A stretch of 25,734 nt of DNA from Gammaproteobacteria bacterium (lineage in GTDB: Bacteria > Pseudomonadota > Gammaproteobacteria > QNFN01): assembly GCA_036525695.1 (NCBI GenBank), contig DATCZX010000288.1, positions 1-25,734 of the forward strand, in the 5' to 3' direction. Below the pieces are notes generated by a model. That model ran no database searches. It was not told the DNA's origin and worked only from the letters and a program-made list of their open reading frames with translations. The number at the start of each line of letters is the position of its first letter. Position 1 is the stretch's first letter. Below, one piece after another: positions 1-9,132 of this stretch. The position numbers and the translations under genes were made by a program.

Positions 1-1
1 G

Positions 2-328
2 GTAGTGGCCCTTGAGCTTGAGGATCGGCCGAGCGATCAGCGTCGCCAGGACCCAGGTGACGACCAGCGCCAGCCCCATCGCCAGCCACGCGCTCCAGCC
101 GAAGCGCGTGGTCAGGATCGCCGATGCGTAGGCGCCGATACCGAAGAACGCAGCATGGCCGAGCGAGATCTGCCCGGCGAAGCCCATGAACATGTTCAGG
201 CTCACCGCCAGCATCACGTGCAGGCCGACGGTGACCCCGACGACGGTGACGAAGTAGTTGTCGCGGAACACGAACGGCAGCAGCGCCACCGCCAGCGCGA
301 ACGCGAAGAAGCCGCCCAGCCGCTTCAT
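2..328 (-). CDS. livM: Branched-chain amino acid-type ABC transporter permease (LivM-like), 5' part only; runs off the window start
   Basis: Not in the ORF track. The ATG (CAT at 326-328) overlaps the livH stop (ATGA). Manual translation MKRLGGFFAFALAVALLPFVFRDNYFV...SLNMFMGFAGQISLGHAAFFGIGAY... contains the LivM-family GQISLGHAAFFGIGAY motif. Confidence 0.9.
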   Translation of the reverse strand, partial: MKRLGGFFAFALAVALLPFVFRDNYFVTVVGVTVGLHVMLAVSLNMFMGFAGQISLGHAAFFGIGAYASAILTTRFGWSAWLAMGLALVVTWVLATLIARPILKLKGHY

Positions 329-1200
329 ACGCGGTCCACCGCGCGCTTGCCGAACAGCCCGCTGGGCCGGAAGAACAGCACCAGCAGGATCACCAGGAAG
401 GCCAGCGCGTCCTTGTAGCCGGACGAGATCAGCCCGGCGCCGAGCGACTCGAGCACGCCGAGCAGCAGGCCGCCGGCGACCGCGCCCATCGAGCTGCCCA
501 TGCCGCCGAGGATCGCCGCCGAGAAGCCCTTGAGCCCGAGCATGATGCCGGCGTCGTAGGAGGTGAAGGCGATCGGCGCGATCAGGATCCCGGCGACCGC
601 GCCGAGGAACGCCGACAGCCCGTAGCTGAACAGCATCATCAGGCGCACGTTGATCCCCATCAGCTGGGCGGCGACGCGGTTGCTCGCGCACGCCAGCACC
701 GCCTTGCCCATCAGCGTGCGGTCGAAGAACCAGCGCACCGCCAGCACCAGCGCCGCGGTCAGGCCCATCACCCAGAGGTTCTGCGGCAGCACCGTGGCGG
801 TGCCGAGGTGCAGCGGCGTCTCGCCGGAGAAGTGCGGCAGCGAGTGGAAATCCTTGCCCCACAGCAGCAGCGCGGCGCCGCGCAGGAAGATCGCCGCGCC
901 GATGGTGATGATGATGGTCGCGACCACCGAAGCCCCGCGCGCCGGCTCGATCGCGAACTTCTGCAGCACCAGCCCGACGCAGGTCACCGCCAGCACCGCG
1001 CCGACGATCGCCAGCGGGTAGGGCAGGCCGCTGGCGAGCAGCGCCACGGTGCTCATCGCGCCGAGCATCACGAACTCGCCCTGGGCGAAGTTCACCACGT
1101 CGGACGCGTTGTAGATGATCGCGAAGCCGAGGCCGACCAGCGCGTAGGTGGCGCCGACGGTGATGCCGGTGATCAGGAACTGCAGGATCAGGTCGAACAT
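325..1200 (-). CDS. livH: Branched-chain amino acid-type ABC transporter permease (LivH-like)
   Basis: 291-aa hydrophobic protein with YALVGLGFAIIY, NFAQGEF and AAILGGMGS motifs typical of LivH. It lies between the binding protein and livM. Confidence 0.92.
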   Translation of the reverse strand: MFDLILQFLITGITVGATYALVGLGFAIIYNASDVVNFAQGEFVMLGAMSTVALLASGLPYPLAIVGAVLAVTCVGLVLQKFAIEPARGASVVATIIITIGAAIFLRGAALLLWGKDFHSLPHFSGETPLHLGTATVLPQNLWVMGLTAALVLAVRWFFDRTLMGKAVLACASNRVAAQLMGINVRLMMLFSYGLSAFLGAVAGILIAPIAFTSYDAGIMLGLKGFSAAILGGMGSSMGAVAGGLLLGVLESLGAGLISSGYKDALAFLVILLVLFFRPSGLFGKRAVDRV

Positions 1201-1282
1201 GGGGTTTCCCGGTCAAGCCGGGTCCCGCCGCCGCCGTGGGACGGCGACGGGACGTAGCCAGCGTGGGAAGGGAGCGGGCCGG

Positions 1283-2431
1283 TTACTCGACCAGCTTCCA
1301 GTCGCCGTTACGGATCTCGAGCAGCTTGAACGCGTCGAGGCCAAGACCCATGTGGTCGGTCGCGCTCATGTTGAACACGCCGCCGGTGCCGCTGAAGCCG
1401 CGGGTCTTCTCGATCTCGGCGCGCACCTTCTCCTTGTCGGTGCTGCCGGCGCGCTTGATCGCCTCGACCGCCAGGAACAGGCCGTCGTAGGCGTGGCCGC
1501 CGAAGGTCGAGACGGGACCGTGCTTGGCCTCGTACTTCTTCTTGTAGTCGAGCTCGACCGCCTTCTGCGGGTCGTTGTCGGGCAGCTGCTCGGCGACCAG
1601 CAGGGCCGCGGCCGGCAGGCGCACGCCCTCGGCGGCGTCGCCGGAGAGCTCGATGTACTTCTTCGAGGCGACGCCGTGCGACTGGTACAGCGGCGCGCTG
1701 ATGCCGAGCTGGCGCACGTTCTTGGTGACGATCGCCGGGCCCGAGCCGAAGCCGCAGTTGAGCAGCGCCTGCGGGTTGGCCGCGCGGATCTTGGACAGCT
1801 GCGTGGTCATGTCGGTGTCCTTGGCGCCGTAGGTCTCGTCGGCCACGATGGTGATCCCGCTCTCGGCCGCCAGGCCGACCGCCTGGCCACGGCACGACTT
1901 GTCGAAACCGCCGTCGCCACTGATCAGGCCGATCTTGGTCAGGCCGCGCTTCTGCATGTCGCCGTAGACCTTCTGCACCGCCATGCGGTCGGTGTGCGGG
2001 GTCTTGAACACCCACTTCTTGACCGGGTCGATGATCTGGATCGCGCCGGCCAGCGAGATGAACGGCACCCCGGCCGACTCGACCTCGGGGATCACCGCCA
2101 TGGTGCTGCCGGAGGTGGAGCCGCCGACGATGACGTCGACCTTGTCGCTCTGGATCAGCCGCTTGACGAAGTTGACCGACTCCTTGGCGTTGCCGCCGTC
2201 GTCGTAGTGGACCAGCTCGACCTGGCGCCCGAGCAGGCCGCCGGCGGCGTTGATCTCCTCGACGTACATCTGCAGCGTCTTCAGCTCGGGATCGCCGAGG
2301 AACGACGCCGGTCCGGTCACGGCCAAAAAGGTACCGATCTTGATCGGCTCGGCGGCCAGCGCCTGGCCGACGCCGAGCGCGACGCCCATCACCCCGGCTG
2401 CGAGGCCGGAAATCCAGCGGTGCTTGTGCAT
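1283..2431 (-). CDS. ABC transporter periplasmic binding protein (LivK/type I PBP family), probably for an aromatic acid
   Basis: 382 aa with a signal peptide (MHKHRW...QALA-AEPIKIG) and LivK-family motifs (TGPASFLG, YDDG, VDVIVGG). AGGAGG RBS upstream. The substrate is inferred only from context. Confidence 0.88.
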   Translation of the reverse strand: MHKHRWISGLAAGVMGVALGVGQALAAEPIKIGTFLAVTGPASFLGDPELKTLQMYVEEINAAGGLLGRQVELVHYDDGGNAKESVNFVKRLIQSDKVDVIVGGSTSGSTMAVIPEVESAGVPFISLAGAIQIIDPVKKWVFKTPHTDRMAVQKVYGDMQKRGLTKIGLISGDGGFDKSCRGQAVGLAAESGITIVADETYGAKDTDMTTQLSKIRAANPQALLNCGFGSGPAIVTKNVRQLGISAPLYQSHGVASKKYIELSGDAAEGVRLPAAALLVAEQLPDNDPQKAVELDYKKKYEAKHGPVSTFGGHAYDGLFLAVEAIKRAGSTDKEKVRAEIEKTRGFSGTGGVFNMSATDHMGLGLDAFKLLEIRNGDWKLVE

Positions 2432-2489
2432 GACTATCCTCCTGAGGAACTGTTATTGACTTCCCAGGAGCGGGACGGCGACCCGGGAA

Positions 2490-2507
2490 GCTTACGTTTA
2501 CGTAAAG
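2490..2507. promoter_or_regulatory. Palindromic operator, copy 1 (LiuR-like box)
   Basis: GCTTACGTTTACGTAAAG. Positions 2492-2511 match the 20-bp palindrome at 2607-2626 at 18/20 positions. It is an AT-rich island in very GC-rich DNA, just downstream of the predicted leftward promoter. Confidence 0.75.
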
Positions 2508-2526
2508 GTCACATGGACCTGCGCCT

Positions 2527-2555
2527 ACTGTAATCAGCGTGCCGGCCCAACGCAA
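2527..2555 (-). promoter_or_regulatory. Candidate sigma70 promoter of the ABC transporter operon
   Basis: Minus strand TTGCGT (2555-2550), 17-nt spacer, TACAGT (2532-2527). Confidence 0.55.
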
Positions 2556-2599
2556 TACCCCGTCACCGGCCGGCGCATTATGGCACCCTCCGCTGGGGC

Positions 2600-2629
2600 T
2601 TGTGCATTACGTTTACGTAAACGTAAAAT
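2600..2629 (+). promoter_or_regulatory. Candidate sigma70 promoter of the thioesterase-padBCD operon
   Basis: TTGTGC (2600-2605), 18-nt spacer, TAAAAT (2624-2629). The spacer is filled by operator copy 2. Confidence 0.6.
2605..2628. promoter_or_regulatory. Palindromic operator, copy 2 (two overlapping LiuR-like boxes)
   Basis: Perfect 20-bp palindrome TTACGTTTACGTAAACGTAA at 2607-2626. It contains GTTTACGTAAACGTAAAA (2611-2628) and CATTACGTTTACGTAAAC (2605-2622). Confidence 0.8.
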
Positions 2630-2701
2630 GGTCCGTCAAAACGGTCCCCGGCGATCACCCGAACGCCTCCGCAGGGACCCGCGAACCATCTGGAGGAGCA
2701 C

Positions 2702-3106
2702 ATGCAACAGAGTCTGCAGCCGGGCCTGACCAAGACCGCCCGGATCACCATCGACACCGCCCGCACGATCGACTTCATGGGCGACGAGGGCCGCGTCTAC
2801 GCCACCCCCGAGCTGGTCCGCGACATCGAGATGACCTGCCGCGACCTGCTGCTCGAGCACCTCGACGCCGGCGAGGACTCGGTCGGCACGCGCGTCGAGG
2901 TGGACCACATCGGCGCCACGCTGCTCGGCATGTGGGTCGAGATCACGGTGACCGTCAGCGCGGTCAACGGCCGCGCGGTCAGCTTCGAGATCAGCGCCCG
3001 CGACAACCTCGAGGACGTCGCCCGCGGCAAGCACAACCGCTTCGTCGTCGACGTGGCCAAGACCGCCGAGCGGCTCAAGGGCAAGGCGGCCAAGGCCGGC
3101 CTATGA
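2702..3106 (+). CDS. Hotdog-fold thioesterase, fluoroacetyl-CoA thioesterase (FlK)-like
   Basis: 134 aa. YATP...E (Thr35, Glu43) and VGTRVEVDH (His69) reproduce the spacing of the FlK Thr42/Glu50/His76 triad. GGAGGAG RBS; ATGA overlap with padB. Confidence 0.85.
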   Translation: MQQSLQPGLTKTARITIDTARTIDFMGDEGRVYATPELVRDIEMTCRDLLLEHLDAGEDSVGTRVEVDHIGATLLGMWVEITVTVSAVNGRAVSFEISARDNLEDVARGKHNRFVVDVAKTAERLKGKAAKAGL

Positions 3107-5838
3107 GCGCCCCGGAAGGCGGGACCGTGAAGAAGGTCCCGACCTACTGCTACCAGTGCGTCGCCGGCCCCGACCTGCTGACGGTCAAGGTGGTCGACGG
3201 CGTCGCCACCGAGGTCGAGCCGAACTTCGCCGCGGCCGAGGTCACCCCGTCGGCGGGCAAGGTCTGCGTCAAGGCGTACGGGTTGCTACAGAAGATGTAC
3301 AACCCGAACCGCATCCTGACGCCGATGAAGCGCACCAACCCGAAGAAGGGGGTCGACCAGGACCCGGGCTTCGTGCCGATCTCGTGGGACGAGGCGCTGG
3401 ACACCATCGCCGCGCGGCTGCACGAGGTGCAGGCCAAGGGGCCGAACGACAGCTCCGGCTACCCGCGCATCGCCGCCAGCTTCGGCGGCGGCGGCACGCC
3501 GACCTATTACATGGGCACGCTGCCGGCGTTCCTCGCCTCGATCGGGCCGATCGACTTCGGCTTCGGCAGCGGCCAGGGCGTCAAGTGCTACCACTCCGAG
3601 CACCTCTACGGGGAGCTCTGGCACCGCGCCTTCACCGTCGCCCCGGACACCCCGAACACCGAGTTCATCCTCTCGTTCGGCTACAACATCGAGGCCTCGG
3701 GCGGAGTCTGCGGGGTCAAGCGCCACGCCGACGCCCGCGCCCGCGGGGTCAAGCGGGTGCAGATCGAGCCGCACCTGTCGGTCACCGGGGCGTGCTCGGC
3801 CGAGTGGGTGCCGATCCGGCCCAAGACCGACGCCGCGTTCATGTTCGGGCTGATCCACGTGATGCTGCACGAGCAGCGCCAGCGCCTCGACATCCCGTTC
3901 CTCAAGCACCGCACCACCTCGCCCTACCTGGTGGCGCCCAACGGCTTCTTCCTGCGCGATCCGGCGACCCGCAAGCCGCTGCTCTACTGCCTCCAGCGCA
4001 AGCGCGCGGTGCCGTTCGACACCCCCGACACCGACCCGGCGCTCGAGGGCACGTTCAAGGTCTCCGGGATCGAGATCGGCGCCGACGACGACGCCTGGGA
4101 GCACCGCCTGGAGAAGGTCCAGCCGGCGTTCCAGAAGCTGCTCGAGCACACCGCCGAGTACACCCCGCTGTGGGCCGGGCGCATCTGCGACGTGCCGCAC
4201 AAGGTGATCCGCCGCCTGGCGCTCGAGTTCCTCGACCACGCGCGGGTCGGCGAGACGGTCGAGATCGAGGGCCGCACGCTGCCCTACCGCCCGGTCGCCA
4301 TCGCCCTGGGCAAGACGGTCAACAACGGCTGGGGCGGCTTCGACTGCTGCTGGGCGCGCACGCTGATGGCGTGCCTGGTCGGCGCGCTCGAGGTGCCCGG
4401 CGGCACGCTCGGCACCACGGTGCGCCTGAACCGCCCGGCGACCGACCGCGCGCTCAGCGTCAAGGGCCATCCCGACGGGTTCATGGACTACCCGATGAAC
4501 CCGACCGACAAGGCCGGCTGGCTGGCCAAGCCCGACGTGCGCAACGCCAACCGCACGCTGATCCCGCTGGTCGCGAACTCGCCGTGGAGCCAGGCGCTGG
4601 GCCCGACCCACCTGGCCTGGATGCAGCAGCAGAAGGCGCCCGAGCACTGGCCGCAGGCGACCCCGCCGGACATCTGGTTCGTCTACCGCACCAACCCGGC
4701 GATCTCGTTCTGGGACACGCGGCAGATCGAGCAGGTGCTGGCCCGGTTCCCGTTCACCGTCTGCTTCGCGCTGACCCTGGACGAGACCAACCACTTCGCC
4801 GACATCCTGCTGCCGGACCGCACCGACCTCGAGGGGCTGCAGCTGATCCGCGTCGGCGGCACCAAGTTCATCGAGCAGTTCTGGGACTACCAGGGCTTCG
4901 CGCTGCGCCAGCCGGTCGCCGAGGGCCAGGGCGACGCGCGCGACTTCACCTGGATCGCGACCGAGCTGGCGCACCGCAGCGGCGTCCTCGGCAAGTACGT
5001 CAAGGCGGTCAACCGCGGTGCCGCCGGGGTGCCGCTGCAGGGCAAGAACTACGACTTCTCGCTGCCCGAGGAGGAGGCGCCGACGGTCGAGGCGGTGTGG
5101 GACGCGACCTGCCGCGCCGCCAGCGCCGAGATCACCGACGGCGCCGAGACCCAGGGCCTCGACTGGTACCGCGAGCACGGCTTCCGGCTGGCGCCGTTCC
5201 CGCGCGTCAAGTGGTACCTGTACCCGGCGATCGAGGACGCCGGCCTGCGCTTCGAGCTGCCCTACCAGGAGCGGCTGATGCGCATCGGCAAGCAGCTCGG
5301 CCGGCGCCTGCACGAGCACGGCATCAGCTGGTGGGACGAGCAGCTCGAGGAGTACGACCCGCTGCCCGAGTACAAGAACTACCCGGAGCTGTGGGAGAAG
5401 GCGCTGGAGCGCAACTTCAAGGTCGACATCCGCGACTACCCGTTCTGGGCGGTGACCACGCGCAGCATGCAGTACGCCTGGGGCGGCAACGTCGGCATCC
5501 AGCTGATGCGCGAGGTGGCCGAGAACGTGGGCGGTCACGGCGGCGTGGTGCTGAACAGCGGCCGCGCCGCCGAGCTCGGCCTCGCCGACGGCGACCTGGT
5601 CGAGATCCGCTCGCCGCTCAACGTCACCCGCGGCCGCGTGGTCGCCCGCCAGGGCATCCGCCCCGACACCGTGTTGATGGTCGGCCAGTTCGAGCACTGG
5701 GCGACGCCGTTCGCCAAGGACCTGGAGCTGCCCAGCCTGAACAAGCTGGTGCCGATGCTGCTCGACCTGACCGACTCGACCGGCTCCGGCGCCGACCTGA
5801 CCCGGGTCAGCATCAAGCGCGTGGGAGCGAAGCGATGA
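3103..5838 (+). CDS. padB: Molybdopterin (bis-PGD) oxidoreductase catalytic subunit, phenylacetyl-CoA:acceptor oxidoreductase PadB-like
   Basis: 911 aa from the ATG at 3103 (the track's 2539 start is a spurious extension). DMSO-reductase-family features: PTYCYQC...CVK N-terminus, RILTPMKRTNPKKG, ISWDEAL, ADILLPD, C-terminal molydopterin-binding domain. No Tat signal. Clustered with Fe-S and anchor subunits and a phenylacetate-CoA ligase. Confidence 0.82.
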   Translation: MSAPEGGTVKKVPTYCYQCVAGPDLLTVKVVDGVATEVEPNFAAAEVTPSAGKVCVKAYGLLQKMYNPNRILTPMKRTNPKKGVDQDPGFVPISWDEALDTIAARLHEVQAKGPNDSSGYPRIAASFGGGGTPTYYMGTLPAFLASIGPIDFGFGSGQGVKCYHSEHLYGELWHRAFTVAPDTPNTEFILSFGYNIEASGGVCGVKRHADARARGVKRVQIEPHLSVTGACSAEWVPIRPKTDAAFMFGLIHVMLHEQRQRLDIPFLKHRTTSPYLVAPNGFFLRDPATRKPLLYCLQRKRAVPFDTPDTDPALEGTFKVSGIEIGADDDAWEHRLEKVQPAFQKLLEHTAEYTPLWAGRICDVPHKVIRRLALEFLDHARVGETVEIEGRTLPYRPVAIALGKTVNNGWGGFDCCWARTLMACLVGALEVPGGTLGTTVRLNRPATDRALSVKGHPDGFMDYPMNPTDKAGWLAKPDVRNANRTLIPLVANSPWSQALGPTHLAWMQQQKAPEHWPQATPPDIWFVYRTNPAISFWDTRQIEQVLARFPFTVCFALTLDETNHFADILLPDRTDLEGLQLIRVGGTKFIEQFWDYQGFALRQPVAEGQGDARDFTWIATELAHRSGVLGKYVKAVNRGAAGVPLQGKNYDFSLPEEEAPTVEAVWDATCRAASAEITDGAETQGLDWYREHGFRLAPFPRVKWYLYPAIEDAGLRFELPYQERLMRIGKQLGRRLHEHGISWWDEQLEEYDPLPEYKNYPELWEKALERNFKVDIRDYPFWAVTTRSMQYAWGGNVGIQLMREVAENVGGHGGVVLNSGRAAELGLADGDLVEIRSPLNVTRGRVVARQGIRPDTVLMVGQFEHWATPFAKDLELPSLNKLVPMLLDLTDSTGSGADLTRVSIKRVGAKR

Positions 5839-6478
5839 CCCGCTACGTCATGGTCGCCGACCTCGAGCGCTGCGTCGGCTGCCAGACCTGCACCGCGGCG
5901 TGCAAGCACGCCAACGCCACCGCCCCCGGGGTGCAGTGGCGCAAGGTGCTGGACATGGAGGTGGGCAGCTACCCCGACGTGCGCCGCGCCTTCGTCCCGG
6001 TCGGCTGCATGCACTGCGCCGACCCGCCGTGCATGCACGTCTGCCCGTCGACCGCCACCGGCCAGCGCGCCGACGGCATCGTCACCATCGACTACGACCT
6101 GTGCATCGGCTGCACCTACTGCGCGGTCGCCTGCCCGTACCAGGCGCGCTACATGGTCGAGGAACCGAACCAGGCCTACCGCAAGGGGCGCATGCGCCAC
6201 GAGGAGCGGCGCGACGAGCCCGGCCGGCTCGGCGTGGCGCAGAAGTGCAGCTTCTGCGTCGACCGCATCGACTACGGCAAGGCCCACGGCCTGACCCCCG
6301 GGGTCGATCCCGAGGCCACGCCCGCCTGCGTCAACGCCTGCATCGCCAGCGCGCTGCACTTCGGCGACATCGAGGATGCGCAGAGCAACGTCAGCCAGCT
6401 GCTGGCGACGCACAAGCACTTCCGCATGCACGAGGAGCTCGGCACCGAGCCGGGCTTCTTCTACCTCTGGGAGGACGC

Positions 6479-6482
<4 letters not shown>
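5835..6482 (+). CDS. padC: 4Fe-4S electron-transfer subunit (DmsB/NrfC type), PadC-like
   Basis: 215 aa from the ATG at 5835 (ATGA overlap). Four Cys groups: CVGCQTCTAAC, CMHCADPPCMHVCP, CIGCTYCAVACP, CSFC...CVNAC. Confidence 0.85.
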
Positions 6483-7351
<869 letters not shown>

Positions 7352-7480
7352 GCCGCGCCGGGGAGCGGGACCGGTTTCCCGGTCGTTCGAGGAAAACAGC
7401 GGTGGCCGCCTGGACGGAAGGAGCGCAACGACCTGCCGGCACCCGGCCGGCGCCGTTGCCTAGTTCCCGGTTCGACAGGC

Positions 7481-7489
7481 TGCTAGGGT
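7481..7489 (+). promoter_or_regulatory. Candidate extended -10 promoter for the CoA ligase gene
   Basis: TG-C-TAGGGT in the 210-bp padD-ligase gap. AGGAGG RBS just before the ATG at 7562. Confidence 0.35.
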
Positions 7490-7561
7490 TGAACAACCAC
7501 GCGCCGGGCGCCGAGGGGGCGCGACCGGACGCAGAAAAATGAGACCAGCAGGAGGTTCCCG

Positions 7562-8890
7562 ATGAGCCAGTCCGTGAAGTCCGGCAAGGCGCCGTTCCAT
7601 TTCCATCCCGAGGTCGAGGCGCTGCCACGCAAGAAACTCGCGAAGCTGCAGCTCGAGCGGCTGCAGAAGACCCTCGCCCACGCCTACGCCAACGTGGACC
7701 ATTTCCGCGCCCGGTTCGATGCCGCCGGGGTCAAGCCCAAGCACCTGAAGTCGCTCGAGGACCTCGCCAGGTTCCCGTTCACGGTCAAGAACGACCTGCG
7801 CGACCACTACCCGTTCGGCATGTTCGCCGTGCCGATGGACAAGGTGGTGCGCGTGCACGCCTCGTCGGGCACCACCGGCAAGCCGACCGTGGTCGGCTAC
7901 ACGCGCGGTGACATCCGCCGCTGGGGCGACCTGATGGCGCGCTCGATCGCCAGCGCCGGCGGGCGCCCCGGCGACATCCTGCACAACGCCTACGGCTACG
8001 GCCTGTTCACCGGCGGGCTCGGCGCCCACTACGGCGGCGAGCGCCTCGGCTGCAGCGTGACCCCGATGTCGGGCGGCAACACCGAGAAGCAGATCGTGCT
8101 GCTCAAGGACTTCGGCGCCAACGTGCTCTGCGCGACCCCCTCCTACGCGCTGAACATCGCCGAGGTGGCCGAGGCCGAGGGCGTCGACCTGGCCGGCGGC
8201 CCGTTGCGCGTCGGCGTGTTCGGCGCCGAGCCGTGGTCGGAGGCGATGCGCGCCGAGCTCGACCAGCGCCTCGGCCTGCGCGCCGTCGACATCTACGGGC
8301 TTTCCGAGATCATGGGCCCGGGCGTCGCCGCCGAGTGCTGCGAGGAGCGCGCCGGCCTGCACGGCTGGGAGGACCACTTCCTGTTCGAGATCATCGACCC
8401 GGAGAGCGGCGCGCCGAAGGCGCTCGGCGAGTCCGGCGAGCTGGTCATCACCACGCTGACCAAGCGGGCGCTGCCGATGATCCGCTACCGCACCCGCGAC
8501 ATCACCCGCCTGAGCCGCGAACCGTGCAGCTGCGGCCGCACCCACGTGCGCATCCTGCGCGTGACCGGGCGCAACGACGACATGCTGATCATCCGCGGGG
8601 TCAACGTCTACCCGTCGCAGATCGAGGCGGTGATGGTCGGCATCGCCGGAATCACCCCGCACTACCAGCTGGTGGTGCGCCGCAAGGGCTCGATGGATAC
8701 GCTCGGGGCCGAGATCGAGGCTGCGCCCGAGACCGCGGCCGGCGACTACCCGCGGCTCGCCGGCGAGATCCGCCACCACATCAAGTCGATGGTCGGCGTC
8801 ACCTGCGACGTGCAGATCAAGGCCCCGGGCGAGGTGCCGCGCTCGCAGGGCAAGGCGGTGCGCGTCCGCGACGAGCGGCCGAAGGGCTGA
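7562..8890 (+). CDS. paaK: Phenylacetate-CoA ligase (PaaK/PadJ)
   Basis: 442 aa with the PaaK motifs RVHASSGTTGKPTVVGYT, NAYGYGLFTGGLGAHYG, DIYGLSE, PMIRYRTRD, GRNDDMLIIRGVNVYPSQIE and PRSQGKAVRV. Confidence 0.95.
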   Translation: MSQSVKSGKAPFHFHPEVEALPRKKLAKLQLERLQKTLAHAYANVDHFRARFDAAGVKPKHLKSLEDLARFPFTVKNDLRDHYPFGMFAVPMDKVVRVHASSGTTGKPTVVGYTRGDIRRWGDLMARSIASAGGRPGDILHNAYGYGLFTGGLGAHYGGERLGCSVTPMSGGNTEKQIVLLKDFGANVLCATPSYALNIAEVAEAEGVDLAGGPLRVGVFGAEPWSEAMRAELDQRLGLRAVDIYGLSEIMGPGVAAECCEERAGLHGWEDHFLFEIIDPESGAPKALGESGELVITTLTKRALPMIRYRTRDITRLSREPCSCGRTHVRILRVTGRNDDMLIIRGVNVYPSQIEAVMVGIAGITPHYQLVVRRKGSMDTLGAEIEAAPETAAGDYPRLAGEIRHHIKSMVGVTCDVQIKAPGEVPRSQGKAVRVRDERPKG

Positions 8891-8899
8891 CGATTCCTC

Positions 8900-8927
8900 G
8901 CGCCGGCCCGCCAGCGCGGGCCGGCGC
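8900..8927. other. GC-rich hairpin just after the ligase stop codon
   Basis: GCGCCGGCCCGC-cagc-GCGGGCCGGCGC: 12-bp perfect stem with no U-tract. May be a pause or 3'-end stabiliser. Confidence 0.4.
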
Positions 8928-9076
8928 ACTGCTGCCACCCGCGGCTGCCGGCCGCGCGCCATCGGGCACGACCGGTGCGTTAGAACCGGTGCACGGCACC
9001 CTCCAATCCCGCTACCGCCGCACCGCCCTCGCGCGGCCGGCGCGTCCCCCGGCGACCCGCATCCCTCTGCTGGCAC

Positions 9077-9107
9077 AAAAAAACGGGGCGGCCCGTGGGC
9101 CGCCCCG
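9077..9107 (-). terminator. Rho-independent terminator of the ompA-like gene
   Basis: Minus strand CGGGGCGGCCC-AC-GGGCCGCCCCG followed by T7, 25 nt downstream of the stop at 9133. Confidence 0.88.
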
Positions 9108-9132
9108 CTAGTCAGCTCCGGACCGGCCGGGC

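Noticed and set aside
2539-3102. In-frame upstream extension of the padB ORF (1099 aa in the track)
   Set aside because: It overlaps the promoter, operator and thioesterase gene and translates as low-complexity R/P/G sequence. The ATG at 3103 gives an ATGA overlap and a normal molybdoenzyme N-terminus.
7369-7384. GACCGG-TTTC-CCGGTC inverted repeat after padD as a terminator or PaaR/PadR site
   Set aside because: The stem is only 6 bp and GC-rich, has no U-tract and has no second copy, so it is expected by chance.
7562-8890. Ligase as evidence of the aerobic paa (epoxidase) pathway
   Set aside because: No paaABCDE, paaZ or paaG is in the window. The neighbouring molybdoenzyme points to the anaerobic route, although aerobic use of the ligase cannot be excluded.
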